A stretch of DNA of 58,048 nt from a virus. Its lineage: Duplodnaviria; Caudoviricetes. Numbering within the stretch: the stretch's first letter is position 1; each line of letters starts with the position of its first letter. Under the pieces are notes generated by a model that worked only from the letters and a program-made list of their open reading frames with translations, made no database searches and was not told where the DNA came from. Shown in pieces: positions 57,139 to 58,048 of the stretch. Location: IMG/VR virus record IMGVR_UViG_3300034128_000015, positions 1 to 58,048 of that record. One strand, 5' to 3'. Both the position numbers and the translations under genes were made by a program.

Positions 57139-58048
57139 ATGGCAGAAGTTCTGAACTTCGAGCACAACGGCATCACCGTCAATGCCACCGAATCCCCCGA
57201 GGCCATGGGCGGCCTTGGCGACAACGTCATTGGCCTGGTCGGCACCGCGCCGAATGCCCACGCGTCGATCCCGAAAAACGCCCCGTTCCGCATCAACAGC
57301 TTCACCACCCAGGCGCTGCTGGACCCTAGCGGCAGTGAGGCGGGCACGCTGTTTCAGGCGGTGTACCAGATCCTCAAAGTGGTCAAGGTGCCGGTCTACG
57401 TGGTGATCGTGGAGGAGGGCGCGACCCCGGCTGACACGCTCAACAATGTGATCGGCGGTAACGAACCGGTCACCGGCCGCAAACTCGGCCTGGCAGCCCT
57501 GAGCAGTGTCCCGGAAGACCTGACCATCATCGGCGCCCCAGGCTTCACTGGCACCAAGGCCGTGGCGGGCGAGTTCGCCGCCTTCGGCAAGCGCATCAAG
57601 GCCCGCGTGGTGCTGGATGGGAAGGACGCCTCTGTTGCCGATCAGGTGACCTACAGCGGCGAGCTGGGCGGTGCCGATCTTGGCTTCGACCGCTGCCTGC
57701 TGGTACACAACATGCCGTCGGTGTACTCCAAAGCCGCGAAGAAGAACGTGTTTCTTTCGCCGTCGTCCCTGGCCATCGCTGCACTGGCCAAGGTCAAGCA
57801 GTGGGAAAGCCCGGGCAATCAGGTGACTTTCGCCGAGGACGTTTCCCGCGTGGTCGAGTACAACATCCTCGACACCTCCACCGAAGGCGACCTGCTCAAT
57901 CGCTACGGCGTGAGCTACTACGCTCGCACCATCCTCGGCGGTTTTTCGCTGCTGGGTAACCGCTCCATCACCGGCAAGTTCATCAGCTACGTCGGCCTGG
58001 AAGATGCCATCAGCCGCAAGCTGGTCAAGGCCGGGCAGAAGGCCATGG
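57139..58048 (+). CDS. Tailocin tail sheath (truncated by the window edge)
   Basis: MAEVLNFEHNG, IGLVGTAP, WESPGNQ, LGNR. Confidence 0.9.
   Translation, partial: MAEVLNFEHNGITVNATESPEAMGGLGDNVIGLVGTAPNAHASIPKNAPFRINSFTTQALLDPSGSEAGTLFQAVYQILKVVKVPVYVVIVEEGATPADTLNNVIGGNEPVTGRKLGLAALSSVPEDLTIIGAPGFTGTKAVAGEFAAFGKRIKARVVLDGKDASVADQVTYSGELGGADLGFDRCLLVHNMPSVYSKAAKKNVFLSPSSLAIAALAKVKQWESPGNQVTFAEDVSRVVEYNILDTSTEGDLLNRYGVSYYARTILGGFSLLGNRSITGKFISYVGLEDAISRKLVKAGQKAM

Larger units (their letters stand above)
50419..58048 (+). mobile_element. R-type tailocin cluster (partial, continues beyond the window)
   Basis: Repressor-holin-baseplate-fibre-sheath with no head or replication genes, at the mutS locus. 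Confidence 0.85.

Overview
Pseudomonas (probably fluorescens group) chromosome segment: apbC-rsmZ-fdxA-mutS, then an apparently intact ~45.5-kb temperate prophage (4639-50191; lambda-like head and cos site, P2-like contractile tail), then the start of the mutS-linked R-type tailocin cluster (PrtR-like repressor, holin, baseplate, fibre, sheath). The prophage is integrated inside the 5' end of mutS. It supplies a recoded N-terminus and leader ([13 protein letters not shown]), while the presumed native start ([13 protein letters not shown]) is stranded at attR next to the tailocin. The phage also carries LexA-boxed SRAP/umuDC and DNA adenine methylase genes. AT-rich cargo includes a PIN-like protein at attL and, at the right end, a PD-(D/E)xK protein, a PD-(D/E)xK + small HEPN two-gene operon and a large ApeA-like HEPN protein, separated by relic phage-end modules. 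Non-coding signals of note: recurrent hairpins with a YCACCAC loop in phage leaders, an Rsm-like GGA-hairpin leader with boxA and terminator before the tailocin holin, an unannotated 26-aa amphipathic peptide, a GATATC palindrome cluster, and a probable +1 (or -2) tail-chaperone frameshift. All product calls come from motif recognition and gene context; no database searches were run.
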